DNA of 64,000 nt, taken from NCBI GenBank assembly GCA_963775695.1, contig CAVZJU010000003.1, positions 141,050-205,049 of the forward strand. The letters are read 5' to 3'. The notes below the pieces were generated by a model. That model was given only the letters and a program-made list of their open reading frames with translations, was not told the origin of the DNA and searched no databases. Positions 1-9,320 of this stretch are shown here, piece by piece (position 1 is the stretch's first letter; the number at the start of each line of letters is the position of its first letter). Source of the stretch: an uncultured Actinomycetes bacterium (lineage in GTDB: Bacteria > Actinomycetota > Thermoleophilia > Gaiellales > Gaiellaceae). The position numbers and the translations under genes were made by a program.

Positions 1-1453
1 CTCCGGCGACGAGCGACTTTTCGACGAGCCGCGCCAGCACGTCGGCGATCTCGCGGCGATCGACGCCGGCGCCCGCGCACACGGCCTCGACAGCGGACAG
101 GTCGAAGCCTCCGGCGAAGACGGCCAGGCGGCGGAGGAGCATCCGCTCGTCGTCCTCGAGCAGTTCGTGGCTCCATTCGAGCGTCGCCTCGAGCGTCTGC
201 TGGCGCGTCGGCGCGGAGGGGCTGCCCGCACGCAGCAGCCGGAAGCGGTCGTCCAGCCTCTCGGCAATCGCGTCCGCTCCGAGCGCTCCCAGCCGGGCTG
301 CCGCGAGCTCGATCGCCAGCGGCATGCCGTCGAGCCGGTAGCAGATGCGCATCACGTCGCGAGCATTCCGCTCGTCGAGGGCGAAGCCGGGGGCCGCCGC
401 CCCGGCCCGCTCGACGAAGAGGCGAATCGACTCGTAGCCGAGGAGGTCGTCGCGGTCGATCGGTCCCTCCGGATCCGGGAGCGCGAGCGATGGCACCCGG
501 AAGATCGTCTCGCCCTGCACCCGCAGCGGCTCGCGGCTCGTCGCGATGATCGAGACGCCGGGGGCCGATCGAAGCAGCGGATCGGCGACCGCGGCTGCGG
601 CGACGAGGACGTGCTCGCAGTTGTCCAGCACGAGCAGGAGCGACCGCCCGGCCAGGAACTCGGCCACGGCGGCGTCCAGGTCCCGGCCGGGCAGCGCCCG
701 CACGTCGAGCGCTGCGGCGACGGCCTCCCCGACGTGCGCCGGCTCGGCCACGGGCGCGAGCTCGACGAGCACCGCTCCGTCTTCGAACGAAGCCTCGACC
801 CCTCGTGCCAGCTCGAGCGCGAGCCGGGTCTTGCCTGCGCCGCCGGCTCCTGTGAGTGTGAGCAGCCGCGTTCCGGTCAGGAGCGTTTCGAGCTGGTCGA
901 GTTCGCGCTCCCGGCCGACGAAGGAGGTCGCATCGATCGGCAGGCCGCGTACGCCCTCGACCACGCCGAGGTCCCCCAGCTCGTCAGCGAGGGCGGCCGC
1001 GAGCTCGGCGAGCTCCTCGCGGCGGCCCTCTACCCAGTCCTCGTAGCGGTTCTCGGGAAGGAGCTCCCCGCCGTACAGCGCCAGCGCCGCCCGGTACGCG
1101 GCCGGCGTTCCCGCCCGGCGGGCGTCGACGGCCGCCCGCTCGAACTCCTCGACGTCGACGGCGACGTCGGCGGAGAGGTGGAGCAGCTCGTCGCGGAGCT
1201 CGATCGCGTCGGCGCCCAGCGCGCGCCGGGCGACGTGCAGGGCCTGGTGGAGGTTGTTCGCGGCCGCATCCGGGCTCTTCTCGCGCCAGAACGCGTCCAT
1301 CGCCTGCTCGCGATGGAGGCGATGCTGTGGGGCGAGCGCCAGCAGCTTCACCAGCTCGCGCGCCTTCCTCAGCCTCCAGGCCGCGTCCGGGACAGTGTGC
1401 CCGTCGACCACGGCGCTGAAGCCTCCGAGCAGCTCGATCCTTGTTTTCGCCAT
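1..1453 (-). CDS. SARP/AfsR-family regulator (winged-helix + BTAD + NB-ARC-type P-loop ATPase); C-terminus runs off the left edge
   Basis: Absent from the ORF track because it is open at the window edge. Hand translation from ATG 1453: MAKTRIELLGGFSAVVDGHTVPDAAWRLRKARELVKLLALAPQHRLHREQAMDAFW..., then FVGRERELDQLETLLTGTRLLTLTGAGGAGKTRLALELA (Walker A encoded at 821-856). The listed 167..1567(+) ORF is its antisense shadow. Confidence 0.8.
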   Translation of the reverse strand, partial: MAKTRIELLGGFSAVVDGHTVPDAAWRLRKARELVKLLALAPQHRLHREQAMDAFWREKSPDAAANNLHQALHVARRALGADAIELRDELLHLSADVAVDVEEFERAAVDARRAGTPAAYRAALALYGGELLPENRYEDWVEGRREELAELAAALADELGDLGVVEGVRGLPIDATSFVGRERELDQLETLLTGTRLLTLTGAGGAGKTRLALELARGVEASFEDGAVLVELAPVAEPAHVGEAVAAALDVRALPGRDLDAAVAEFLAGRSLLLVLDNCEHVLVAAAAVADPLLRSAPGVSIIATSREPLRVQGETIFRVPSLALPDPEGPIDRDDLLGYESIRLFVERAGAAAPGFALDERNARDVMRICYRLDGMPLAIELAAARLGALGADAIAERLDDRFRLLRAGSPSAPTRQQTLEATLEWSHELLEDDERMLLRRLAVFAGGFDLSAVEAVCAGAGVDRREIADVLARLVEKSLVAG

Positions 1454-1563
1454 GCGGATACAAGGATGACTGACTCGTCACCTTCAACGGTTAAGCGGCG
1501 GCAAACGGCGCGCAAAGAGCGCTCTCCTACCGTGGCAGCGACCCATCGACGAGGAGGACTCAT

Positions 1564-2019
1564 GTGATGTGGAAGCTGAAGGTGGTCGCAACGCTCGCGG
1601 CAGCGCTGGTCGTGGCCGGCGTCGCGTCTGCATCGGGAGAGCCGCCGATCAAGGCCCAGGCCCTGGCTGCGGCCAAGCTCGCGCAACCGATCAGCATCAA
1701 GACGTCGAAGCCCGGCAACGTCGTCTTCGTCCAGGTGAAGGTGATGCCGGGTGGAGACTTCGGCTGGCACCTCCATCGCTCGCCGGTGGTCGCCGCCGTC
1801 ACGGCGGGGACGCTGACTCTCTACGACAGCAGCGACCCGAAGTGCGCTCCGCGGCGCATCACCGCGGGGAATGCCTTCACCGAGGCGGCGAACCACGTCC
1901 ACCTGGCGCGCAACGAGGGCACGACGCCGGTGCGCGTCATGGTCGCGTATCTGGGGGCTCCGAGCGGACAGAAGCCGGACGTCCCGGCAAAGGCGCCGTC
2001 GCAGTGTTCCGTGAAGTAG
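1564..2019 (+). CDS. secreted cupin-domain protein
   Basis: 151-aa ORF with signal peptide (KLKVVATLAAALVVAGVASASG) and a cupin-like core (GWHLH...HVHLARNEG). Alternative starts GTG 1564 / ATG 1567. Confidence 0.7.
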   Translation: MMWKLKVVATLAAALVVAGVASASGEPPIKAQALAAAKLAQPISIKTSKPGNVVFVQVKVMPGGDFGWHLHRSPVVAAVTAGTLTLYDSSDPKCAPRRITAGNAFTEAANHVHLARNEGTTPVRVMVAYLGAPSGQKPDVPAKAPSQCSVK

Positions 2020-2033
2020 GCGCCGCCGAAGAG

Positions 2034-2064
2034 GAGGGTCGGGCCCCGACGGGGTCCGGCCCTC
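2034..2064. terminator. GC-rich hairpin between convergent genes
   Basis: GAGGGT-CGGGCCCC-GAC-GGGGTCCG-GCCCTC lies between stop codons at 2019(+) and 2068(-). No clear U-tract. Confidence 0.45.
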
Positions 2065-2067
2065 CCT

Positions 2068-2775
2068 CTAGCTCGTGAAGGTCAGCGGGATCTCGACCTG
2101 GTGGATGTGCGACCCGTCGGCGGCGGAGCGCTCGTACACGACCAGCTTGCCCGTCCCGCCGGGCGGCCCGAACGGGATGGTCACGTCGTATGTGCCGCGC
2201 GTGCCGCTTCCTGAGGTGGCGGTGGCGAAGTGCCGCGCGAGGGCCTTTCCGGCCGAGTCGAGGAGCTCGTACTCGAAGGTCGCCTCGAACGTGTTCGCGG
2301 TCCCCCGCAGGCGGAGCGGCGCGGAGACCGTGGCGAACGGAAGCGGCGCCTCGACCAGGATCGCGGGGGTCAGGTCTTCGAAGTCGGCGCGGGTGTAGCT
2401 CTTCCCGCCGACGTCGACCGGCTGCCTCGGGTCGAACTGCGAGAGCGTGTACACCTCCTCCGCCTTCCGCTCGGTCGCCTCACCCCGGGTGAACCCGATC
2501 GCCCGCTCGGCGTCCGTCGGTCCGGCGTCGAGCGCCCCGAGCAGCGACGAGCGGTCGGCCGTCTCGAGCTCACGGGCGACGGGGCCGACCTTGCCGTCGC
2601 GCATGAAGTAGACCCGCACCGCCTTCTTCGCGGCCGGAGCGGTCGTGGTCACGGTCCGGGTCACGGTGGCCGTCACCGTGACCCGGACCGTCGAACCGCA
2701 TCCGGCCGCGACCGCGGCAACGACTACCACAGCCGGCAGCGCGGCGTACCTCAGCAGGGCCGTCAGCCCAGCCAT
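2068..2775 (-). CDS. lipoprotein with GerMN and Gmad2 Ig-like domains
   Basis: Internal ATG at 2775 gives MAGLTALLRYAALPAVVVVAAVAAGCGS (lipobox AAGC). VRVYFMRDGKVGPVAREL...LDAGPTDAE is GerMN-like. The C-terminal PLRLRGTANTFEATFEYELLD...GTYDVTIPF is Gmad2-like. Confidence 0.65.
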   Translation of the reverse strand: MAGLTALLRYAALPAVVVVAAVAAGCGSTVRVTVTATVTRTVTTTAPAAKKAVRVYFMRDGKVGPVARELETADRSSLLGALDAGPTDAERAIGFTRGEATERKAEEVYTLSQFDPRQPVDVGGKSYTRADFEDLTPAILVEAPLPFATVSAPLRLRGTANTFEATFEYELLDSAGKALARHFATATSGSGTRGTYDVTIPFGPPGGTGKLVVYERSAADGSHIHQVEIPLTFTS

Positions 2776-2977
2776 GTGATCCCGTACTGCTTCGACGCCT
2801 CGGCGTAGGCGTCCGACCCGAGGGCTCCCGCCTCGTGGGTCGCCGCCGGCCGCCGGAAGGCGCTCTCCCACGTCTGGCTCGAGGGCACAACCGACGACAC
2901 CCGCACCACTCGGAGGATAGATGGACGCCCGACCGACTCGACCCGGCGCTCGGGTCGCGCGTCGCTAGAGTCGGACG

Positions 2978-3967
2978 ATGGCGCCCGACACGAACGGGAT
3001 CGCAGTCGAGGGGCTCGTCCGCCGCTTCAAGGACGTCGTCGCGGTCGACGGCATCGACCTGAGCGTCGCTCCCGGCGAGATCTACGGCTTCCTCGGCCCG
3101 AACGGCGCCGGTAAGTCGACGACCGTCCACATGCTGACCACGCTGCTGCCGCCGACCGCCGGGAAGGCGACGGTCGCAGGCTTCGACGTGGTGAAGAACG
3201 GTCCCGACGTTCGACGGGCGATCGGCGCTGCCCTCCAGGAGGCGGCGCTCGACCCGCTCCTCACCGGGCGGGACCACATGCGTCTCCAGACCGCGCTGCA
3301 CGGGATCCCGCGGCACGAGCGCGCGCGGCGCGGGGACGAGCTGCTCGAGCGCGTCGGCCTCTCACTCGCCGCAGACCGCCGCGTGCGCACCTACTCGGGC
3401 GGGATGAAGCGCCGCCTCGACCTCGCGTTGGCGCTCGTCCATCACCCGCGGATCCTCTTCCTCGACGAGCCGACCACCGGCCTCGATCCGCAGAGCCGCA
3501 CCGCGCTCTGGGGCGAGGTCGGCCGGCTCGCGAAGGAGGAGGGCGTGACCGTCTTCCTGACGACGCAGTACCTGGAGGAGGCCGACGTCCTCGCCGACCG
3601 GGTCGGGATCATCGACCACGGGCACATCGTGGCCGAGGGGACGCCGACCGCCCTGAAGGCCGAGATCGGCCGGCCGACGGTCGAGATCACGCCCGCCGAC
3701 CCCGAGCAGCGGATCCACGTCGCGGAGATCCTGCGCAGCTTCGGCGAGCTCGTCCAGGTCTCGTCGGACAGCGTCGCGGTGCGGTGCGCGCACGGCGACC
3801 TCGACCTCGCCGAGATCATCCGTGCGCTCGACGCGGAGAGCCTGCACATCGCGAACCTCCAGCTCCACGCGCCGTCCCTCGACGACGTCTTCCTGGAGAA
3901 GACCGGCCGGACGCTCGAGGGTGCCGCCGCCGAGGCCGACGCTGAAGCGGAGCCCGCCCGGCGGTGA
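2978..3967 (+). CDS. ABC transporter ATP-binding protein (DrrA/ABC-2 type)
   Basis: Walker A GPNGAGKSTT, signature YSGGMKRRLDLA, Walker B ILFLDEPTTGLD. Confidence 0.9.
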   Translation: MAPDTNGIAVEGLVRRFKDVVAVDGIDLSVAPGEIYGFLGPNGAGKSTTVHMLTTLLPPTAGKATVAGFDVVKNGPDVRRAIGAALQEAALDPLLTGRDHMRLQTALHGIPRHERARRGDELLERVGLSLAADRRVRTYSGGMKRRLDLALALVHHPRILFLDEPTTGLDPQSRTALWGEVGRLAKEEGVTVFLTTQYLEEADVLADRVGIIDHGHIVAEGTPTALKAEIGRPTVEITPADPEQRIHVAEILRSFGELVQVSSDSVAVRCAHGDLDLAEIIRALDAESLHIANLQLHAPSLDDVFLEKTGRTLEGAAAEADAEAEPARR

Positions 3968-4740
3968 GGGACACCGCATTCCACGTCTACCACGTCGCCC
4001 GACGCTCGGTCGTGCGGCAGGCCCGGCAGCCTGCGAATGTGGTCGCACCGGTCGTCTTCCCGCTCGCGCTGCTGGCGGTGAACTCCGGCGGCCTGCAGCG
4101 GGCGACGACGATCCCCGGTTTTCCGGCGAACCGCTTCGTCGCGTTCGCCCTGGCGATCCCGTTCATGCAGGGAGCGCTGTTCGCGACGATGAACGCCGGT
4201 ACCGACCTCGCGCGTGACATCCAGACCGGTTTCCTGAACCGCCTCGCCCTCACCCCGGTGCGCGGCGTCGCCCTGATCCTCGGCCAGCTCGCAGGCGTCG
4301 CCTTCGTCGCGTCGATCCAGGCGGTCGTGTACGTCTCGGTCGGCTACGCGGTCGGCGTCCACCCGGCCTCGGGCCCGGCAGGCGTCGTCGTGCTGCTGGG
4401 GCTGGCGATCGCGATCGCGATCGGATTCGGGGCGGTCGGCGTCTTCCTCGCGCTCCGCACCGGCTCGGGCGAGTCGGTCCAGGGCCTGTTTCCCGTGCTG
4501 TTCGTGTTCCTGATCGTCTCTTCGATGAACTTCCCGCGGAACCTGATCGAGGTGAGCTGGTTCCGGTGGGCTGCCACCGTGAACCCGGTCTCGTACCTGA
4601 TCGAGGGCCTTCGCAGTCTCGTGATCGAAGGGTGGAACGGCGAGGCGCTCGGGCTCGCGTTCGTGATCGCCGCCGTCCTGATCACGATCTCCCTCACCGC
4701 CTGCGGGTTCGCCATGAGCTCGAGGATGACCCGCACGTGA
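3964..4740 (+). CDS. ABC-2 type transporter permease
   Basis: 258-aa polytopic membrane ORF. It overlaps the ATPase stop by 4 nt. Confidence 0.85.
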   Translation: MRDTAFHVYHVARRSVVRQARQPANVVAPVVFPLALLAVNSGGLQRATTIPGFPANRFVAFALAIPFMQGALFATMNAGTDLARDIQTGFLNRLALTPVRGVALILGQLAGVAFVASIQAVVYVSVGYAVGVHPASGPAGVVVLLGLAIAIAIGFGAVGVFLALRTGSGESVQGLFPVLFVFLIVSSMNFPRNLIEVSWFRWAATVNPVSYLIEGLRSLVIEGWNGEALGLAFVIAAVLITISLTACGFAMSSRMTRT

Positions 4741-5510
4741 TCCGCGACTTCCGCAACGTCTCACTCGCGGTCGGCTGGCGGACGCTCCACAACGTCCTGC
4801 ACAACCCGTCGCTGCTGATTCCCGGGATCGTCTTCCCGCTGCTGAATTTCGTCGCGTTCTATGGCGGCCTCTCGCGGCTGCGGCACATTCCCGGCTTCGA
4901 CTATCCGCCGGGCTACGCCGGCTTCCAGTACTGCTTCGTGCTCCTCCAGTCGGCGGCGTTCGGTGGCGTGTTCACCGGGTTCGGGATCGCCCGGGACTTC
5001 GAGCACGGCTTCTCGCGCCGGCTGATGCTCGCCGCGTCACGCCGCAGCGGCGTGATCGCCGGGTACGCGATCGGCGCGCTGATCCGCTGGCTGATCAACG
5101 CGGTGATCCTCACCGGCGTCGCATTCGCCGCCGGCATGCGGATCAAGGGCGGCCCGGCGGACATCGCCGGCATGTTCCTGCTCGCGGTGATGGTCAACGT
5201 CGCGTTCCTCTGCTGGGCCTGCGGGATCGCGATGCGCTTCCAGTCGGTGCAGGCCGGGCCGATCATGCAGACGCCCGTGTTCCTGCTCCTGTTCTTCGCG
5301 CCCGTCTACGTGCCGCTGAAGCTGCTGCAGGGCTGGATCCACGGCGTCGCCACGGCGAATCCGATCACGCAGCTGCTGGAGGCGATCCGCGGCCTCCTGG
5401 CCGGCCAGCCGGCCGAGGTCGCGGTCGCCTACCTGGTCGCCGCCGGGCTGATCTTCTTCTTCGGGATGTGGGCGGTGTTCAACCTGCGCCACGCCGAAGG
5501 TGTCGGCTGA
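4737..5510 (+). CDS. ABC-2 type transporter permease (second subunit)
   Basis: In-frame GTG at 4737 overlaps the preceding stop (GTGA). VIRDFRNVSLAVGWRTLHNVLHNPSLLIPGIVFPLL... is polytopic. The part of ORF 4566..5510 upstream of 4737 is a shadow of the previous gene. Confidence 0.8.
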   Translation: MIRDFRNVSLAVGWRTLHNVLHNPSLLIPGIVFPLLNFVAFYGGLSRLRHIPGFDYPPGYAGFQYCFVLLQSAAFGGVFTGFGIARDFEHGFSRRLMLAASRRSGVIAGYAIGALIRWLINAVILTGVAFAAGMRIKGGPADIAGMFLLAVMVNVAFLCWACGIAMRFQSVQAGPIMQTPVFLLLFFAPVYVPLKLLQGWIHGVATANPITQLLEAIRGLLAGQPAEVAVAYLVAAGLIFFFGMWAVFNLRHAEGVG

Positions 5511-5588
5511 GGCGGCGGAGGAGTAAACGGGTTCCCGCGGCCGAGAACGGCCGAACGTCCTGGCCGGCACGTACGATCGCCGGGTCTC

Positions 5589-5635
5589 GGCGATGAGGCC
5601 CGCCGCCAACCGCCCGTGAGGCTGATGGCTTCTAC
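5589..5635 (+). promoter_or_regulatory. fluoride riboswitch (crcB motif), copy 1
   Basis: GGCGATGAGGCCCGCCGCCAACCGCCCGTGAGGCTGATGGCTTCTAC. Contains P1 (GGCG/CGCC), the AACCGCC block and GGCTGATGGCTTCTAC, with pseudoknot GAGGCC:GGCTTC. Closely resembles the Thermotoga petrophila crystallised aptamer as I recall it (GGCGAUGAGGCCCGCCCAAACUGCCCUGAAAAGGGCUGAUGGCCUCUAC). Confidence 0.85.
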
Positions 5636-5651
5636 GAACCAGGAGGTGCCT

Positions 5652-5888
5652 GTGATGCCGGGACGGGTTCGTGAGCCGAGGTACGACGTATCCCTCGAAC
5701 GCAAGATCGCCTGGGGAGCCGCGACGTTTGTCGCCGTCTCCGTCGTCGGGCTCCGGCTGGAGCCTGGTCTGCGCCTCGTGTGGATAGTGGCGCTGGTCTT
5801 CGGCGCGGGCGCGATCGGCACGATCGTGGGCGGCCGACTCGGCCGACCCACGATTCGGGGGCGGCGGTTGCGGCGCGGCTCGCGCTGA
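5652..5888 (+). CDS. small 2-TM membrane protein (unknown function)
   Basis: AGGAGG at 5641-5646, then GTG 5652 / ATG 5655. Product MPGRVREPRYDVSLERKIAWGAATFVAVSVVGLRLEPGLRLVWIVALVFGAGAIGTIVGG... First ORF after riboswitch 1. Confidence 0.5.
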   Translation: MMPGRVREPRYDVSLERKIAWGAATFVAVSVVGLRLEPGLRLVWIVALVFGAGAIGTIVGGRLGRPTIRGRRLRRGSR

Positions 5889-5898
5889 GCGCGTTTCG

Positions 5899-6363
5899 AT
5901 GAGTCTGCAGATCGAGATTCCTGGCAGGCCACCGCTCTCCCTGGACCATGTCGTCCTCGACGTCAACGGCACGCTCACCGATCGTGGGCGTCTCCTGGAC
6001 GGCGTCGGCGTTGCAGTCGAGCGGCTTCGGAGTCACGTCGGCGTCCTGCTCGTCTCCGCCGACACCTTCGGAACGCTGGAGCAGATCGGCGAGGATCTCG
6101 GCGTCGAGACGCGAACCGTTCGCGGTGGCGTGGACAAACGGCGGCTGGTGGAGGAGTTCGGCCCGGAACGCACGGCGGTGATCGGCAACGGGACGAACGA
6201 CGGTCCGGCGCTTGCGGCGGCGGCCGTCGGCTTGGCAGTGCTCGGACCCGAAGGGACGAGCGGAGATGCCGTGCGTGCCGCGGACGTTCTCTGCCGGTCG
6301 GTGGTGGAGGCAGTCGAGCTCCTTCTCGATCCGAACGCTCTGGCCGCCACCCTTCGGCCCTGA
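5899..6363 (+). CDS. HAD-superfamily protein, soluble P-type-ATPase-like (COG4087-like)
   Basis: LDVNGTLT (DKTGT-like phosphorylation motif) and GNGTNDGPAL (GDGxNDxPAL hinge-like). 154 aa, no TM segment. Confidence 0.8.
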   Translation: MSLQIEIPGRPPLSLDHVVLDVNGTLTDRGRLLDGVGVAVERLRSHVGVLLVSADTFGTLEQIGEDLGVETRTVRGGVDKRRLVEEFGPERTAVIGNGTNDGPALAAAAVGLAVLGPEGTSGDAVRAADVLCRSVVEAVELLLDPNALAATLRP

Positions 6364-6505
6364 GTTCGTGAGCTGGCCGGACAGCCCGAAGGAGTGCACC
6401 CGCTGCCGCTTCTCGCGCCCTTCGAGACGCCGTCGCGCGACGACGCCGGGTACGAGATCGTCGGCTGCTGCCGAAACCCCCGCATCGGCATGGACCTGTT
6501 CGCTT

Positions 6506-7768
6506 TCAGACGTCGCGATCCGGATCTGATGGAGCCCTGCCCGTCCTTTCGTCCCGGGACACCGGATTGACTGCCCCGCCGGAGAGCACCGAAACCGCCA
6601 TCCATCCGGCTGCGTAGAAGAAGGCCGCAGTCGGGGAGACCAGAGTCCACAGCAGACCGACCGCCGCCGACGAGCCGAAGTCGCCGAACGACTGCACCCC
6701 CCCGAGCACTCCGAAGCCGCTCCCTCGCAGTCGGTCCGGGAGGAGTCGCGCGACGAGCGCCGACTCGGCGGTCTCGGCGAGCCCGATCCCGCCGCCTGCG
6801 AGGAAGAACGGCACGACCAGAAACGGCCACGACTCGAGTGGCAGGGCGAACAGCGTGTACGCAACGACGTAGAGGAGGCCGCCCGTTGCGAACACGATCC
6901 TGGGCCCGACGCGGTCGAGCCAGTGGCCTCCTCCGTAGGCGGCGAACGTGGCGACCAGGTTGTGGCCGGCGTAGATCAGGACCGCGATCGAGGTCGCGGC
7001 GGTGAGGGAGCGCTCTCCGTGGTGGAGGAGCGTCGTCGCCCGGAGGATCAGGAGAGTCGTCGCCATGTTGCCGAGCTCGAAGGCGGAGATGGGCAGCAGC
7101 GGGCGCATCAGACCGGCTTCGCGGAGACCCGAGAAGTCGAAGCGGGCGCGGCGCGGGACAGCGTGGTGGGCGCGCCGCGCCTCGGCCGCTGCCACCGTGA
7201 TCGCCGCCGCCGCGAAGAACCCCGGAACGGCGGAGAGGTAGAGCGTCGGTCGGATCCCGATCCAGGCCACGAGCCCGGCGGCCAGGAGCGGACCGGCGAC
7301 GGCACCGAGATTGTCCCCGGCCCGCTCGAGGCCGAAGGCCCGCCCGTAGGTGGACGGCGAGGCGAGTGAGGCGAGCATCGCGTCGCGGGCCGGCGAGCGC
7401 ACACCTCGGGCCAGCCACGCGCCTGCGCGGAGGAGGCCGACCTGCCAGACCGTGCTCGCGAGTCCGAGGGCTCCGGTGGCTGCCGCGGTGACGACGTAGC
7501 CGCCTGTGGCCAGCCGCAGTCGGCGCGACTCGTCGTTCGCGAGCGGGCCGCTGATGAGCTTCGCGACCCCCGTGAGACCGTCGCTGATCCCTTCGATCAG
7601 CCCCAGGGCGCCCGCGGAGGAGCGGAGGACCACGGTCACGAAGCTCGGCAGCACCGAGGTCGCGATCTCGTGGCCGAAGTCGCTGAAGAAGCTCGCGACG
7701 CCGATCCCGGCGACGCCGCGGGTCAGCCACGAGCGGCGACCCTCGGCGGTCGTCTCGGTCGTCGTCAT
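6506..7768 (-). CDS. MFS transporter
   Basis: ATG at 7768 gives MTTTETTAEGRRSWLTRGVAGIGVASFFSDFGHEIATSVLPSFV... About 12 TM. Lies 25 nt downstream of the MutS-like pair on the same strand. Confidence 0.85.
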   Translation of the reverse strand: MTTTETTAEGRRSWLTRGVAGIGVASFFSDFGHEIATSVLPSFVTVVLRSSAGALGLIEGISDGLTGVAKLISGPLANDESRRLRLATGGYVVTAAATGALGLASTVWQVGLLRAGAWLARGVRSPARDAMLASLASPSTYGRAFGLERAGDNLGAVAGPLLAAGLVAWIGIRPTLYLSAVPGFFAAAAITVAAAEARRAHHAVPRRARFDFSGLREAGLMRPLLPISAFELGNMATTLLILRATTLLHHGERSLTAATSIAVLIYAGHNLVATFAAYGGGHWLDRVGPRIVFATGGLLYVVAYTLFALPLESWPFLVVPFFLAGGGIGLAETAESALVARLLPDRLRGSGFGVLGGVQSFGDFGSSAAVGLLWTLVSPTAAFFYAAGWMAVSVLSGGAVNPVSRDERTGRAPSDPDRDV

Positions 7769-7793
7769 CGCCCGAGCGAGCCGTTCCGCGCGA

Positions 7794-9320
7794 TCAGCGG
7801 GCCGTCCGTGCCTCTGCGGCGTTCGACTCGATTCCGAAGACCCTGCGGTAGGAGTCCTCGCCGTAGCTCGTCGGGAGCGGCTCGCCCTTGACGATACGGA
7901 ATGTCCTTCGGCCGCCGCTCCCGCGTTCGGCACGCAGGAACAGGGTGGTGTCGAGGCGCTGCGCGTGCAGGGTGTGCGCAAGGTCGTAGAGGTGGGTGAC
8001 GAAGAAGACCTTCACCCCGGAGTCGAGCATCGCGCGGATCACCTGGCGGGCGATCTCGGAGCCTTCCCGCTCGTTGGTCGCGGCGAACGACTCGTTGCAG
8101 AGCAAGAGGCAGCCCGGGGTGATCTCATCGGCGATCGCGCTCATCCTGGCGAGCTCCTCGTCGAGCTTCCCGCTCTCCATCGATTCGTCCTCCTCGCGCT
8201 TGTAATGGGTGAAGACGCCGCTGACGACGCCGGCCCGGAGGAATGCAGCGGGGGCGAACAGCCCGCACTGCATCATCAGCTGCGCGATGCCCGTGCTCCG
8301 CAGGAACGTCGACTTGCCGCCCTGGTTCGCGCCCGTGATCATCACGAGCGACCTGCCGTCCGCGTCGACGTCGTTTCCGACCACGCGTGGATCGAGGTGC
8401 AACGAGAGCGCCGCGTCGTACAGGTTCTCGGCGCTGAAAGCAGTGGCATTCCGGTCGACCGGTTCGGGGAAGCAGATCGGCTCGCCCTTCTCCGTCAGCC
8501 TCGCGTGCAGGTTCAGCGCCCCGAGGTAGAAGGCGATCTCGGCCCGCAGGACGGTGAAGAAGCTGACGATGTGGTCGGTCGACTGGCCCACGGCGTTGGC
8601 GACCAGGTTGGTGCCCTTGCCGCGCAGGTCGTCGAGCGCCTTGAAACCCGCCTCGTCCCGCGGCGGGATCGTGAAGCTGCGGCTCGGCGGCCCCTGCCCG
8701 GGGATGCGCTCGAGCCAGCCTCGCCGGCGGGGACGGCGCAGAACGTGCCCCACGCCCCTGTTGGCCCTTCCCAGACGCGCGCTCATGAGCTCTCCGCGGT
8801 CGAACTTCAGCTCCTTCAGGTAGCGGCGGAGAACGCCGAGGTACTCGTCGTCGAGCTCGGCCCGGAGCATGCCGAAGAACCGCTCGAACGCGTCGGAACG
8901 GAAGCTCGGCGCTTCCTCGTCGGCGAGCTTACGCAGGCGCTCGAGGACGTCGACGAGCGCCTGCAGCACCTGCACCGAGCTGTGCAGGATCATCCCCGGC
9001 GACGCGTGCCTGAGGCCGAAGAACAGGCTTGCCTTCCGCGGCGCGTTGACGGCCTCGACGGCCAGGTCGTAGATCGCCCTGACGGTCGCTTCGTGGGCCA
9101 GGCAGTCGGCCAGGACCTGTTGCCGGTACCGGATCTCTTCCCGCGTTCGCAGGTTCGCGAGCAGACCCTTGCCGGCGATCCCGCGCAGGAAATCGTCGCC
9201 CGCGGCCATCGCCTCGACCAGGGTCTCCAGCTCGAGGTCCTGGATCAGCGCGTCGGCGTTGGCCGGTGGCTCGCGCTCGACGTCGAAGTCGCGGTCGGCG
9301 TGCATGAGGAAGACCCTCAT
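7794..9320 (-). CDS. MutS-domain-V ATPase (MutS-related, no mismatch-binding domain), paralog B
   Basis: ATG 9320 overlaps the upstream stop (ATGA). Walker A GANQGGKST. Walker-B region LLLCNESFAATNEREG (NE instead of DE). Confidence 0.85.
   Translation of the reverse strand: MRVFLMHADRDFDVEREPPANADALIQDLELETLVEAMAAGDDFLRGIAGKGLLANLRTREEIRYRQQVLADCLAHEATVRAIYDLAVEAVNAPRKASLFFGLRHASPGMILHSSVQVLQALVDVLERLRKLADEEAPSFRSDAFERFFGMLRAELDDEYLGVLRRYLKELKFDRGELMSARLGRANRGVGHVLRRPRRRGWLERIPGQGPPSRSFTIPPRDEAGFKALDDLRGKGTNLVANAVGQSTDHIVSFFTVLRAEIAFYLGALNLHARLTEKGEPICFPEPVDRNATAFSAENLYDAALSLHLDPRVVGNDVDADGRSLVMITGANQGGKSTFLRSTGIAQLMMQCGLFAPAAFLRAGVVSGVFTHYKREEDESMESGKLDEELARMSAIADEITPGCLLLCNESFAATNEREGSEIARQVIRAMLDSGVKVFFVTHLYDLAHTLHAQRLDTTLFLRAERGSGGRRTFRIVKGEPLPTSYGEDSYRRVFGIESNAAEARTAR

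Noticed and set aside
167-1567. 466-aa plus-strand ORF and other very long ORFs (6033..7730-, 9650..12220+, 12617..14527+, 15243..16409+, 16664..18094+, 18819..19904+, 24117..25373-, 36477..38210+, 44966..46921+, 52803..54596+, 54593..56005-, the N-terminal parts of 24698..27634+, 43176..46100-, 47657..50560-, 7794..10883-, 12033..14690- and 15207..17774-)
   Set aside because: Arg/Pro/Gly/Asp-rich, low-complexity translations lying antisense to, or out of frame with, genes that have clear family motifs. This is the typical open-frame artefact of ~70% GC DNA. Only the sub-intervals listed under features were kept.
5652-5888. Small membrane protein after riboswitch 1 as a CrcB fluoride channel
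   Set aside because: It has only ~77 aa and two predicted TM helices, and lacks the CrcB-like 4-TM layout. No sequence resemblance that I can recognise.
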